NCBI GenBank assembly: GCA_963514005.1
Contig: OY740808.1
Location: 12,648,001-12,712,000 of the forward strand
Reading direction: 5' to 3'
Length of the DNA stretch: 64,000 nt
DNA from: Raja brachyura
Taxonomy: Eukaryota
In this document: positions 24,779 through 36,267 of the stretch, in pieces
Numbering within the stretch: the first letter of the stretch is position 1
Layout: each line of letters starts with the position of its first letter
Notes under the pieces: model-generated
The model's input: only the letters and a program-made list of their open reading frames with translations
Databases searched by the model: none
Told to the model about the DNA's origin: nothing
Program-made: the position numbers and the translations under genes

Positions 24779-25642
24779 ACAGGTTAAAATGTCATTTGGC
24801 AGGAGCTTGGGAGCAGTTGTTATTGAGTATGTCCACAGCTAACATGTCTGAGTTATTTCAAGGCCAGCTGACCCAAGTACATGATCAGCATGTTCCGGTA
24901 AGGAGGATGGATAACGATGACATGGTAAGGGATCCGTGAATGACTACCGAGGTTATAAACCTTTCCAGAAACAAAGCCGAAGCATATGTCAGATTTAACA
25001 AAGTGGCCTCATATGAGGATTATGAGGAATGGCAAGTAGCAAAGAGCTCAACCTGGTGATCAGTAGGGCCAAACTGGTCATGAAATGTAATTGATGAATT
25101 GGGTTAAGGAAAATCCTGCGGCTTTTTATACATATGTTAGAAACAAGAACGGTGCCAAGATATACGGTAGGTCTGATCAAGGATAAAGGATGTAGCGGAA
25201 TTGTTAAATGAGTGTGTTTTGCATCTGTATTCACCAAGAAGAAAGACGTGGATGACGGTGAGATCAGTGCAGAGATAACAAATATGCTAGGACACATATG
25301 CTGGGGCTTGATATCGAAAAAAGGCAGTGAAGCTCTTGTGAAACATTGGGTTGGGTAGGTCCCCTGCACCCATTGGTATCTATCCCAGTTGATTGAGTGG
25401 AGGCAAGAGAGGTGATTCCAGGAGTCTTGACAAGAATCTTTGCTTCTTCTCTTGCCACATGTGAGCACCAAGAGGACTGGAAAATGTCCAGCTGCTCCTT
25501 TGTTGGTTGAGACGTAGAAAGAATCCAGGGAAATAGAGGCCGGTGAGGTGCACATCAGTGGTAAGAAACTATTGGAGATAATGCATTGAGACTCACTCCC
25601 ATTTGAAGAAGAATTAGCTAGTTAGCAATAGGCATGGCTGTG

Positions 25643-27499
25643 TAATAGACAAGAGACGGTAGACAATTGGTGCAGGCCCTTAAAGCCAGCACTGCCATTC
25701 AATGTGCTCATGGCTGATCATCCACAATCAGTACCCCATTCCTGCCTTCTCTCCATATCCCCTGACTCCGCTATCTTCAAAAGCCCTATCTAGCAATCTC
25801 TTGAAAGTTTCCAGAGAACCAGCCTCCACCACCCTCTGAGGCAGAGAATTCCAGAGACTCATAACTCTCAGTGTGAAAAAGTGTTTCCTCATCTCCGTTC
25901 TAAATGCCTTACCGCCTATTCTTATTCTGTGGCCCCTGGTTCTGGGCTCCCCCAACATCGGGGACATGTTTCCTGCCTCTAGTGTGTCCAAACCATTAAC
26001 AATCTTATATGTTTCAATAAGATCCCCTCTCATCCTACTAAATTCAAGTATACAAGCGCAGCCGCTCCATTATCTCATCATATGACTGTCCCACCATCCC
26101 CGGAATTAAACTTGTGAACCTACCCTGCACTGCCTCAATAGCAAGAATGTCCTTCCTCAAATTTGGAGACCAAAACTGCACACAATCCTCCACGTGTGGC
26201 CTCACTGGGGCCCTGTACAACTGCAGAGGACCTCTTTGCTCCCATACTCAACTCCTCTTGTTATGAAGGCCAACATGCCATTCGCTTCCTTCACTGCCTC
26301 CTGTAAATGCATGCTTACTTTCATTGACTGATGAACAAGGATCTACAGATCCCGTCGTACTACCCCGTTTACCAACTTGAAACCATTCAGATAATAATCT
26401 TCCTTCCTGTTTTTGCTACCAAGGTGGATAACTTCACATTTATCCACATTAAACTGTATCTGCCTTGCATCTGCCCACTCAATTGTGCCAATAACTCTCA
26501 GTGTGAACCTATCCAAGTCACCCTGCTTTCTCATAGTTCACACTGCCACCCAGCTTTGTGTCATCTGTACATTTGCTAATGTTACTTATAATCCCTTCAT
26601 CTAAATCATTAATCTATATTGTAAATAGATGTGGTCCCAGCACCGTGCCTTGCGGTGCCCCAATAGTCATTGCCTGCCATTCTGAAAGGGACCCGTTAAT
26701 CCTTACTCTTTGTTTCCTGTCTCCCAATCAAATTTTCTATCCATGTCAGCACTCTACCCACAATACCATGTGCCGTCATTTTGCTCTCCAGTTTCCTATG
26801 TGGGACCTTATCAAATGCTTTCTGAAAGTCCGGGTACACTACATCCACTGGCTCGCCCTTTCCATTTTTCGAGTTACATCGTCAAAAAATTCCAGAAGAT
26901 TAGTTAAGCATGATTTCCCCTTCGTAAATCCGTGGTGGCTCGAACCGATCCTGTTACTGCTATCCAAACATGCCGCTATTTAATCTTTTATAATTGACTC
27001 CAGCACCTTCCCCACTATCGATGTCGGGCTAACTGGTCTATAATCCCCTGTTTTCTCTCTCCTGCCTTTCTTGAAAAGTGGAATAACAGTATTTACCCTC
27101 CAATCCACATGGACTGATCCTGAATTTATAGAACATTGGAAAATGATCACCAATGCATCCACGATTTATAGAGCCACCTCCTTAAGTATTCTGGGATGCA
27201 GCCCATCAGGCCCTGGGGATTTATCAGCCTTCAGTCCCATCAGTCTACCCAACACCATTTCCTTCAGTTCCTCCATCACCCCAGATCCTCTAGCTAGTAC
27301 ATCAGGAAGATTGTTTGTGTTCTCCTTAGTGAAGACAGATCCAAAGTACATGTTCAACTCATCTGCCATTTCCTTAATCCCCATAATAAATTCACCCTTT
27401 TCAGTATTCAAGGGTCCAAATTTGGCCTTAAGAATTGTTTTCCTCTTCACCTAAAGAAGCTTTTGCTATCCTCCTTTAGATTCTTGGCTAGCTTACCTT
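25643..27499 (-). mobile_element. CR1 LINE (paralog of 8668-10440)
   Basis: RT motifs; identical truncation point GCTAGCTTACCTTGGCTAGG. Confidence 0.92.
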
Positions 27500-27747
27500 G
27501 GCTAGGTGGCAGGCGTGTCTTAATAAATCGTTTACTTGCGGAAACGACGAAGGAGATTGATGAAGGTAGGGCTGGATGTTGTACACATGCATTTTAGTAA
27601 CAATTTTTAGTTTAGTTTAGTAACAACGCAGAAACAGGCACTTCGGCCCACCGAATCTGCGCGGTCCAGTGTTAAGGTCATTTTGTCATAAGGAACAGTA
27701 GAATTAGACCACTTGGCCCATCAGGTCAACTCTGCTATTCAATCATG

Positions 27748-29392
27748 CTTGAGGTTGGAGGAGGTGCAAGTGAAACATTACCTATCCTGAAACGAATGTC
27801 GGGGTCCCTGGACGGAGACGAGGGAGGAGGTATATGGACAGGTGTTGTATCTCCTGTGGTTGCAGGAGAAAGTACCAGTGGAGGGGGTGATATTGATGGG
27901 AAGGGTTGAGCTACCCAGGAAGTTGCAGAGGGAACGCTCTCTGCGGAAGGCAGAAAGGGGTGGAGATGGGATGATGTGACTAATGTTGGGATCCCGGTGG
28001 AGGTGGGGAAAGTGTTGGAGGATTATATGTTGTGTGCGACGGCTGATGGGGTAAAAGGTAAGGACTAGGGGGATTCTGTTTATGTTGCGAATTGGATGGG
28101 GGGGGCAAGGCGAAGCTGTGGGTACTGAGGAGACACGAGTGAGGGCATCATCTATGATGGGAGAGGGAACCCACGTTCACTAAAGAATGACGACGTCTCG
28201 GATGTCCGGGTATGGAACACCTCATCTCGTGCGCAGATGCGGTGCAGATGGACGAATTGGGAGTAGGGGACCATCTTTGCAGGAAGCCGGGTGGGAAGTA
28301 GTAGAAACATAGAAACATAAATACATTGAAAATAGGTGCAGGAGTAGACCATTCGACGCTTCGAGCCTGCACCGCCATTCAATATGATCATGGCTGATCA
28401 TCCAACTCAGTATCCTGTACCTGCCTTCTCTCCATACCCCTTGATCCCTTTAGCCACAAGGGCCACATCTAACTCCCTCTTAAATATAGCCAATGAACTG
28501 GCCTCAACTACCTTCTGTGGCAGGGAATTCCACAGATTCACCACTCTCTGTGTGAAAAATGTTTTTCTCATCTCGGTCCTAAAATACTTCCCCTTCATCC
28601 TTAAACTGTGACCCAGTGTCCTATGCTTCCCAAACACCGGGAACAACCTTCCTGCATCTAGCATGTCCAGCCCCTTAAGAATGTTGTAAGTTTCTAGAAG
28701 ACCCCCCCCCCCCCCCCCCCCAATCTTCTAAACTCTAGCGATTACAAGCCAATTCTATCCAGTCTTTCTTCATTTGAAAGTCCTGACATCCCAGGAAATA
28801 GTCTGTTGAACCTTCATTGTACTCGCTCTATGGCAAGAATGTCTTTCCTCAGATTAGGAGACCAAAACTGCACGCAATATTCCAGGTGTTGTCTCACCAA
28901 GACCCTGTACAACTGCAGTAGAATCTCCCTGCTCCTATACTCAAATCCTTTTGCTATGAATGCAAACATACCATTCGCTTTCTTCACTGCCTGATGCACC
29001 TGCATGCCTACGTTCAATGACTGGTGTACCATGGCACCCAGGTCTCGTTGCATCTCCCCTTTTCCGAATCGGCCACCATTCAGACAATAGTCCACTTTCC
29101 AGTTTTGCCACCAAAGTGGATAACGTCACATTTATCCACATTATACTGCATCTGCCATGCATTTGCCCACTCACCCAACCTATTCAAGTCACCTTGCATC
29201 CTCCTAGCATCCTCCTCACAGCTAACACTGCCCGCCAGCTTCGTGTCATCCGCAAACTTGGAGATGTTGCATTCAATAGTGTAGCCGAGATAGTTGTGGG
29301 AGTCAGTGGGTTTGTAATAGACGTCAGTCGATAGTCTATCTTCTGTGATGGAGACTGTGAGATCAAGAAAAGGGGGGGAAGTGTCGGAGATC
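27748..29392 (-). mobile_element. Penelope-like fragment (paralog of 11100-16160) split by a CR1 at 28302-29277
   Basis: PYSQFVHLHRICARDEVFHTRTSE peptide; collinear with 15685-16160. Confidence 0.85.
28302..29277 (-). mobile_element. CR1 3' fragment, specific to the second duplication unit
   Basis: (TTTCTATG)n-type tail, LEYCVQFWSP motif, empty site at ~16040. Confidence 0.9.
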
Positions 29393-30046
29393 GTTTTAGC
29401 ATCATGTTCGACATAGATTCCTAATTGATTAGTAGGCCCGTATATGTTGTTCAGCCGCCCTCACTCGAATGAGATTCCCTATGAGCGCTTCATCGAGCGT
29501 GCGTGTGTGTGTGCGAGAGAGAGATTGTGTGTGTGTGTGTTTCTGTGCTCTCTGGGCCAGCGCTGGGTAAAGTGAACCAACTTAAAGTCACCGGTTTTAA
29601 ATAAAGTTCGACAACCTAAATCGCTGTTTTGTCTATCAGGTCAAACACTATAAATCTTGATTTCATACATTTGACTGCTTCCGCATCAGAAATAATAGTC
29701 ACGGAAATGTGTTGCTCTTAAGACTGGACTATTGATTTTATTTGACAGTTGTGTTTGAATTTATGATTTATGCAATAAGCAAACATCCAGAATATAATCT
29801 TCAGACCACTGAATGTTAATGTATATTTGAAGATGCATCAGCTGAGATTGAATAACATTGGAGGTTCAATTAACAATTTGATTGCTTTAATGGAATCACG
29901 TTCACAATTGGCAAGACAGACGACGATTTTAAACGCAAAGACTGGTCGACAACAAACAATATGCCCAGACCAATTTCTCACAAATAAAGAATGGAAGAAG
30001 GATCAAAATATATCACTTCAGCTCCATTAGGTGGAATTGAGGAGTT

Positions 30047-30370
30047 TTAGATACAGCCGGATCTGGCGATGTTTGCCTTAAGCGGGATTGCCTGAGTTTC
30101 GTGTTTAACCACACAGGAGTAAAGCTCGTTCGAGTTCCAGACTGTGGCTGGCAGAGTCAGGTAACTGCTCGCACTGAACGTGTTTTCCTTCTCCTGCTGG
30201 ATTCGGCTGGTCTTAACGCCGTCACTTCTCCCACTGCCATCCGCGGTCCACTCAACGGTTCACTGCACCCGGATTAAACCCGCTTGCCAAACAAACCAGG
30301 GTGGCGGTGCCCTTTCCCGTGATTTCTTCCGCTGAAGGTCGGAGGACGGACACTGCGGCGGCGCGAGGTG
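30047..30370 (-). pseudogene. IGLC: IgL cluster 3, orphan constant exon with +1 frameshift (no VJ)
   Basis: Close paralog of C2 with intact acceptor, but 324 nt long. AAC-CGT-TGA gives a stop at 30254-30252, while the downstream frame is intact to SGCI*. No V/J seen between 30371 and 38547. Confidence 0.9.
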
Positions 30371-32070
30371 CTGTTTAAAACAACGTCACAGATTAATGGG
30401 GGTTGACGAACTGCTTCGGTTAAAACATTGTTAAAAATACCATGGATCCATTCATTTTAATGAATAAACATTTTTCCTCTACTTGAAGATTAATTGGTAT
30501 TTAGGACTGTGGGACACGTTCTATTTAGTGGTTAACATAAATTATTTCGTCAGTGATTTTAATTGATCTCCAGATTATTACTTCCGTTGGTTCCAGTTGA
30601 AATAAAAATTGTGTGTTGTACCGGACAGCCATTTGCCGGTTTTTATTATTATGGAACTGTTGTGCCAATATCAACAGAACTCTCTTAAAACATGTCTTAT
30701 TTAGACACTTTCATTTATTAAGACCAAAGACCGAAGTGTCATGATTTATTTGATAAGAGGGACACGAATAATTTGCCATTTTACCCATCGATGCATAGAC
30801 TGAGTTTGCAGCAAGAGTAAATTCACAGTTTTCCCGCATTGTTATTTGATTTTGACATGATTTACATTTATGTTGAAACGTATACGTTTCTAATTTTCGA
30901 AGTTAAAAATTAGCTAAATTTCTGAATATGAACAGTGAATCTCACTCCGTGCACACAATGGCCGTAAATAAATTCGGCTGTAATCACCTGCAATTAAAAA
31001 CTGATTTCAAATGATATGGTTGGGAAATTCAATGCGCAAATTGCTTTCACCCTTTTCGTGTAAAATTGAAATATTCACTGTCCCCTTAATTCCAGAATAC
31101 GCATTCTCTAAGTGTAATGACAATTACATCTGGCAACAAATCTCATAGGTACCGGAATTTAAAATCACGGAATTCAATATCGCATTAACAGCTAATCATT
31201 TGCCGTGTTTAGGTATATTGACTTTGAATATGTCCGGGAGACACAATTAATCAAACATTTGAAAGCATAAAAATGAAAGAAAAAACATAGATTGATAACA
31301 ATGGACGATTTCAAATCCAATGCCGCAGCACTACATTTCACACCGCGTTATTGTTTGCTTCCGATGGTTATCAAGCCTAAATTTTGGCCATGACATTCTT
31401 TAGCACTTACAAAAAAAGCATAAAGCACTATTTAAGCAGTTTTAAAAGTATAAAACAGGACAAGGATAAATTTGGCAATTAGTCCTCTCGAAATATGGTT
31501 TAATTTATTTGAAAATCAGTGGATAATTTTAAGGCAGAGGTAGACAAATTCTTGATTAGAATGGATGTTAAGGGGAGAAGGCAGAAACATTGGATTATGA
31601 GGCAGAGATCAGACATGATTGAATGGCGGAATAGACTCGATGGGCCGAATGGCCTAATTCTGCTCCTATAACTCGTGAACTTGTGAAATTAACTTAGTAC
31701 TTCTTAACTTCTCCGAAGAGGACTGTTCTAATTCCTCGGCTAAATCATAATTTTGTTTTATTTCCTCGGCTTCATTGTTTGCCATAAAACTCCAGTCAGG
31801 TCGCGAACATTACAAGAATATATTCTATACTGCTAGTTTAGGAGAAAATCTAAGGGCACAAAATAACTTGCGGAAGGTGGCGAACGCTTGCACGGTAACT
31901 TAATGTTATTGTAATATTTTTTATTTGATCTCTTTCATATCGAAAACAACAAATAAGGTAAATACGATAAACTCTCATGAATTGTCGCAGCAGTTCCAGT
32001 CTTGTGCTTAAGCTTAATACGGGTTTTAAAAACCCGAACGCGTTAATGTCGAAGGTTTAGATGTCTTATT

Positions 32071-32409
32071 GGTTTAGTTTAGTTTAGAGATACAGCGCGG
32101 AAACAGGCCCTTCGGCCCACCGAGTCCGCACGGACCAGCGATCCCCGCACATTAACGCTACCCTACACACACTAGGGACACATTTCATTTAGACCGAGCC
32201 AATTAACCTACACGTCTGTACGTCTTTGTAGTGTGGGAGAAAACCGAAGATCTCGGAGAAACCCGACGCAGTCACGGGGAGAAAGTACAAACTCCGTACA
32301 GACAGCAACCGCAGTCGGGATGGAACCGGCTGGGTTACAGCCCTTTCAGCACCAGGTGACATTTGGAATTTGGAATCTAAGGCAGCGCTATACCACAGCG
32401 CCACCGTGC
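32071..32409 (-). mobile_element. V-SINE (paralog of 18845-19178)
   Basis: Same structure and flanks as the cluster 2 copy. Confidence 0.88.
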
Positions 32410-32434
32410 TGTTTCTTGGATGAGAACCACTCAT

Positions 32435-33585
32435 TTAGAGGAAACGAGAGATATAGACGATGATGTGGAGAGATAAAGAACAATGAATAAAATATATGCA
32501 AAAAAGTAAAGAAGGTAAAGGAAACAGGCCATTGTTAGCTGTTTGTCGGGTGAATACGCGAAGCTAGTGCGACTTGGGAGGGGGAGGGATAGCGAGATAG
32601 GGAATGCCGGGGCTACCTGAAGTGAGATAACTCAATATTCATACCACTGGACTGTAAGCTGCCCAAGCGGAATATGAGATGCTGTTCATCCAATCTGTGT
32701 TTAGCCTCACTCTGACAATGGAGGAGACCTAGGACAGAGAGGTCTGTGTAGGAATGGGAAAGAGAATTAAAATGTCCGGTAATCGGGAGATCAGGTCGGT
32801 TCAGGCGGGCTGAGTGAAAGTGTTCTGTGAAAAGATGGCCCAGTCTACATTTGGTCTCACCGATGTATAAGAGTCCACATCTTGAACAACGGATACAGTA
32901 GATGAGGTTGGAGGAGGGGCAAGTTAAACTCTGCCTAACCTGAAAGGACTGTGGGGGTCCCTCGACAGAGACGAGGGAGGAGATATAGGGACAGGTATTG
33001 CATCTTCTGCGATTACAGGGTAAGGTATCTGGGGAGATGATGTTTTGGATGGGAAAGGATAAGTTAACCAGGAAGTTGCGGAGGGAACGGTCTCTGCGGT
33101 GGAGATGGGAAATGTGGCTAGTGGAGGGATCCCGTTGGAGGTGGTGGAAATTTCGGAGCATTATGTGTTGTATGCGACAGTTGATGGGGTGGAAGGTAAG
33201 GACTAGCGGGACTCTGTCTCTGTTGTGACTAAGGGGTGGGGGAGCAAGGGCGGAGCTGCGGGGTACCGAGGAGACACCAGTCAAGGCCTCATCTATGATG
33301 GAAGAGGGGAACCCCCGTTCTCAAAAGGATGAGGACATCTCTGATGTCCTGGTATGGAACACCTCATCTTGGGCGCAGATGCGGCGTAGATAGGGGAATA
33401 GGGAGTAGGGCGTAGAGTCTTTGCAGGAAACAGGTTGGGAAGAAATGTAGTCGAGATGTTTGTGTGAGTTAGTGGGTTTGTAATAGACGTCAGTCCGTAG
33501 TCAATTTCATGTGATGGAGAATGTGACATCAAGAAAGGGGAGGGAGGTGTCGAAGATGGTCCAAATAAATTTGAGTGCAGGATGA
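32435..33585 (-). mobile_element. Penelope-like retroelement, 3' part (RT thumb + GIY-YIG endonuclease + 3' UTR)
   Basis: ORF 32613-33284: CNRRRCNTC...NLIYCIRCSRCGLLYIGET...RLDEQHLIFRLGSLQSSGMNIE. Confidence 0.92.
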
Positions 33586-35064
33586 AAAGCACCGATGCAG
33601 TCCTTCAAGCTGTCCTTTACGTTGGCGTAAGGTTACGTTTGACTAATGTATTAGAATTATTTGAAGAATTGATGTGCATTGTCCAAATAAGGATAGTGGT
33701 GCATGCACTCAGATTTTCTAGGATAACGTGCCGCAGCAACAACATGTTGCAGAAAAATCAAAGCGCGCGGTGCAGAGGTCATATCTATGGTGAATCGAAA
33801 ACCAGCTGTCAGGTAACCGAGACTAGGCATAATCAGGTCTGGTTCTGGTTTGTAATGCAAACTGTTGTATCGCGGGTATGGGTGTGGGCCCTCAACACTT
33901 TTACATACATTTAAATGACTTTAATGAAGGCTCGAACTTGACTGGAAATCAGTGCTGATGATACTTAAGGAGACCAGATGTGACAGCCAATAGTCAATTA
34001 AGACGACACAGATCTGGCAAAATAGATTGTATACATCAAAATACCAAAAGTTGCCCTTTATCACTATGGGAACTGGATACAAACATGACGAAGTCATGCT
34101 TCACCTATGCATCTTTGTTACTCCACAAAAAGGAACTTCGAGGGAAATAATTCAGGGAACATAATTTCTAGGGATCGAAGCATCGGCTCAAGATAATTGG
34201 GAATTTCAGCTCTAATGTCCGAGTGCTACTCCACAAAAGGCGTGGTGGTTTGTTTGCTGCGGCCGATTGTTTCCGGAGGGTGCATAATACGCCAGGGAAA
34301 GTAGAACCAAACAAAATTAATGTTATAAAATTTTGCTTAAGATTATTACTGTTTTTAAGAACCACATAAAAGAAATCTGGGCGTCGGAAATTGACTAATT
34401 AACATAGAAGCTTTAACTAGTTTGCAGGTTATTGGATTTGAAAACTAATCTTGAAGGCTTTACGTCAATCAGATATGCATGTTTATGATTTTAAATTTAT
34501 ACAGAATCTAGTATTTGCTTGGTACAAAATTAGTGCTATTGTCAGAGATAAGCGTTTATCGGAATCGTGGGTACGAACAAAAGCAGAATCGGGGTTATTC
34601 CCAAATCCTTACGACCGGCATAAATCCTTACAAAAAAAGACGTGCTGAAGTAGATCAGTGGGTGAATCATCACATCTAGAGAACATGGATATGCGACGTT
34701 TTGGGTCTGGACCCTACTTCAGATTTCTGATTGTAGTGGGGATGGGGGTTCATAAGACGTAGCAGCAGAATTAGTCCATTCGGTCCATCGAACCTGCTTC
34801 GCTATTCTATCATGGCTGATCTATTTTACCCATCACCTCCATTCTCTAAGAACATGTCAATCTCCACTTTACGTTGGAAGAGGGCTGTTAGCGGGACAAA
34901 ATCTGGCAAGTGATTGGTGGATATAGATAAAGCGGGGGTGGGTTGATTGGAAAATGGTTGGATAAAGGCCTGTGTGGAAACTACAAAAGGTGTGCGATAA
35001 GGAGTAAAACAGTTGCGAAAGTGAATACACGGAAAATAACTGTCCTAGATGTAGTTCCAAACGT

Positions 35065-35150
35065 ATACGCCACAGAACGCCACAGCAGATTATCCTTCCC
35101 TGTGGCTATCAAACTTTTCAACTCCTCCCCTTCTGTCGTGGGCTAGACGG
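35065..35150 (+). mobile_element. Rex1/Babar-like LINE extreme 3' fragment
   Basis: Peptide ATERHSRLSFPVAIKLFNSS resembles the Rex1/Babar ORF C-terminus. Confidence 0.5.
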
Positions 35151-35432
35151 AGACTGCCGCCCCGTCCTCCATACACATACCCCATCCCCCCGCCCCCGTC
35201 ACCAAACCCTCTACCACCCACCCGGTTGCAATGCTCAACCCGAATTCACGCTAATTTCACCTTCTATCCCGCCTCCGTTTCCTCTTTCCCTGCCCCCATC
35301 CACCGCTGTTCCTTCTTCTGGCTCAACATGTCACGCCTTCCTTATTATATGACAGCCGTCTGTCTGTATTCATCCCTAGCACATGTCCAACTAGCTGCCA
35401 TTCAAACTCTTTCACATGTATACATCTGTCAG

Positions 35433-36267
35433 TTATTAAAGATGGGATAGCAGCACATTTGGAAAGTAGTGAAATCATTGGACAAAGTCAGCATGGATTT
35501 ATGAAAGGTAAATTATGTCTGACGAATATAATAGATTTTTTCGAGGATGTACCTAGTAGAGTGGATAAGGGATTACTAGTGGATGTGTTATATCTGGACT
35601 TTCTGAAGGCTTTCGACAAGGTCTCACATAAGAGGTTAGTATGGAAACTTGAAGCACACGGTATTGGGGGTTCAGTATTGATGTGGATAGAGAACTGGCT
35701 GGCAGACAGGAAGCTAAGAGTAGGGGTAAACGGGTCCTTTTCAGAATGGCAGGCAGTGACTGGTGGGGTACCACAAGGCTCTGTGCTGGGACCCCAGCTA
35801 TTTACAATATATATTAATGATGTGGATGAGGGAATTTAATTCAACATCTCCAAGTTTGCGGATGACGCGAAGCTGGGGGGCAGTGTTAGCTGTGAGGAAG
35901 ATGCTAGGAGGCTGCAAGGGGACTTGGATAGGCTGGGTGAATGGGCAAATGCATGGCAGATGCAGTATAATGTGAATAAATGTGAGGTTATCCACTTTGG
36001 TTGCAAGGACAGGAAAGTAGATTACAAAGAGCGGTGAATCTGTAGAATTATCTGCCACAGAAAGTAGTTGAGGCCAGTTCAATGGCTATATTTAAGAGGG
36101 AGTTAGATGTGGGCCTTGTGGCTAAAGGGATCATGGGGTATGGAAAGAAGGCAGCTACAGGATACTGAGTTGGATGATCAGCCATGGTCATATTGAATGG
36201 CGGTGGAGGCTCGAAGGGCCGAATGGCCTACTCTTGCACCTATTTTCTATGTTTCTATGTTTCTATC
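35433..36267 (+). mobile_element. CR1 fragment with an internal deletion near 36028
   Basis: RT motifs in ORF 35459-35839, then a jump to the C-terminal region and (TTTCTATG)n tail. Confidence 0.9.

Larger units (their letters stand above)
22950..25642 (+). mobile_element. Old, long, decayed CR1 (ORF1 esterase region to ORF2)
   Basis: Nucleotide similarity to ORF1 of the CR1 at 56200-57043 and to APE-coding sequence; many stops. Confidence 0.7.
25145..32432 (+). repeat. Segmental duplication unit B
   Basis: Collinear with 8181-19200 apart from unit-specific TE insertions; ends at the Penelope element. Confidence 0.88.
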
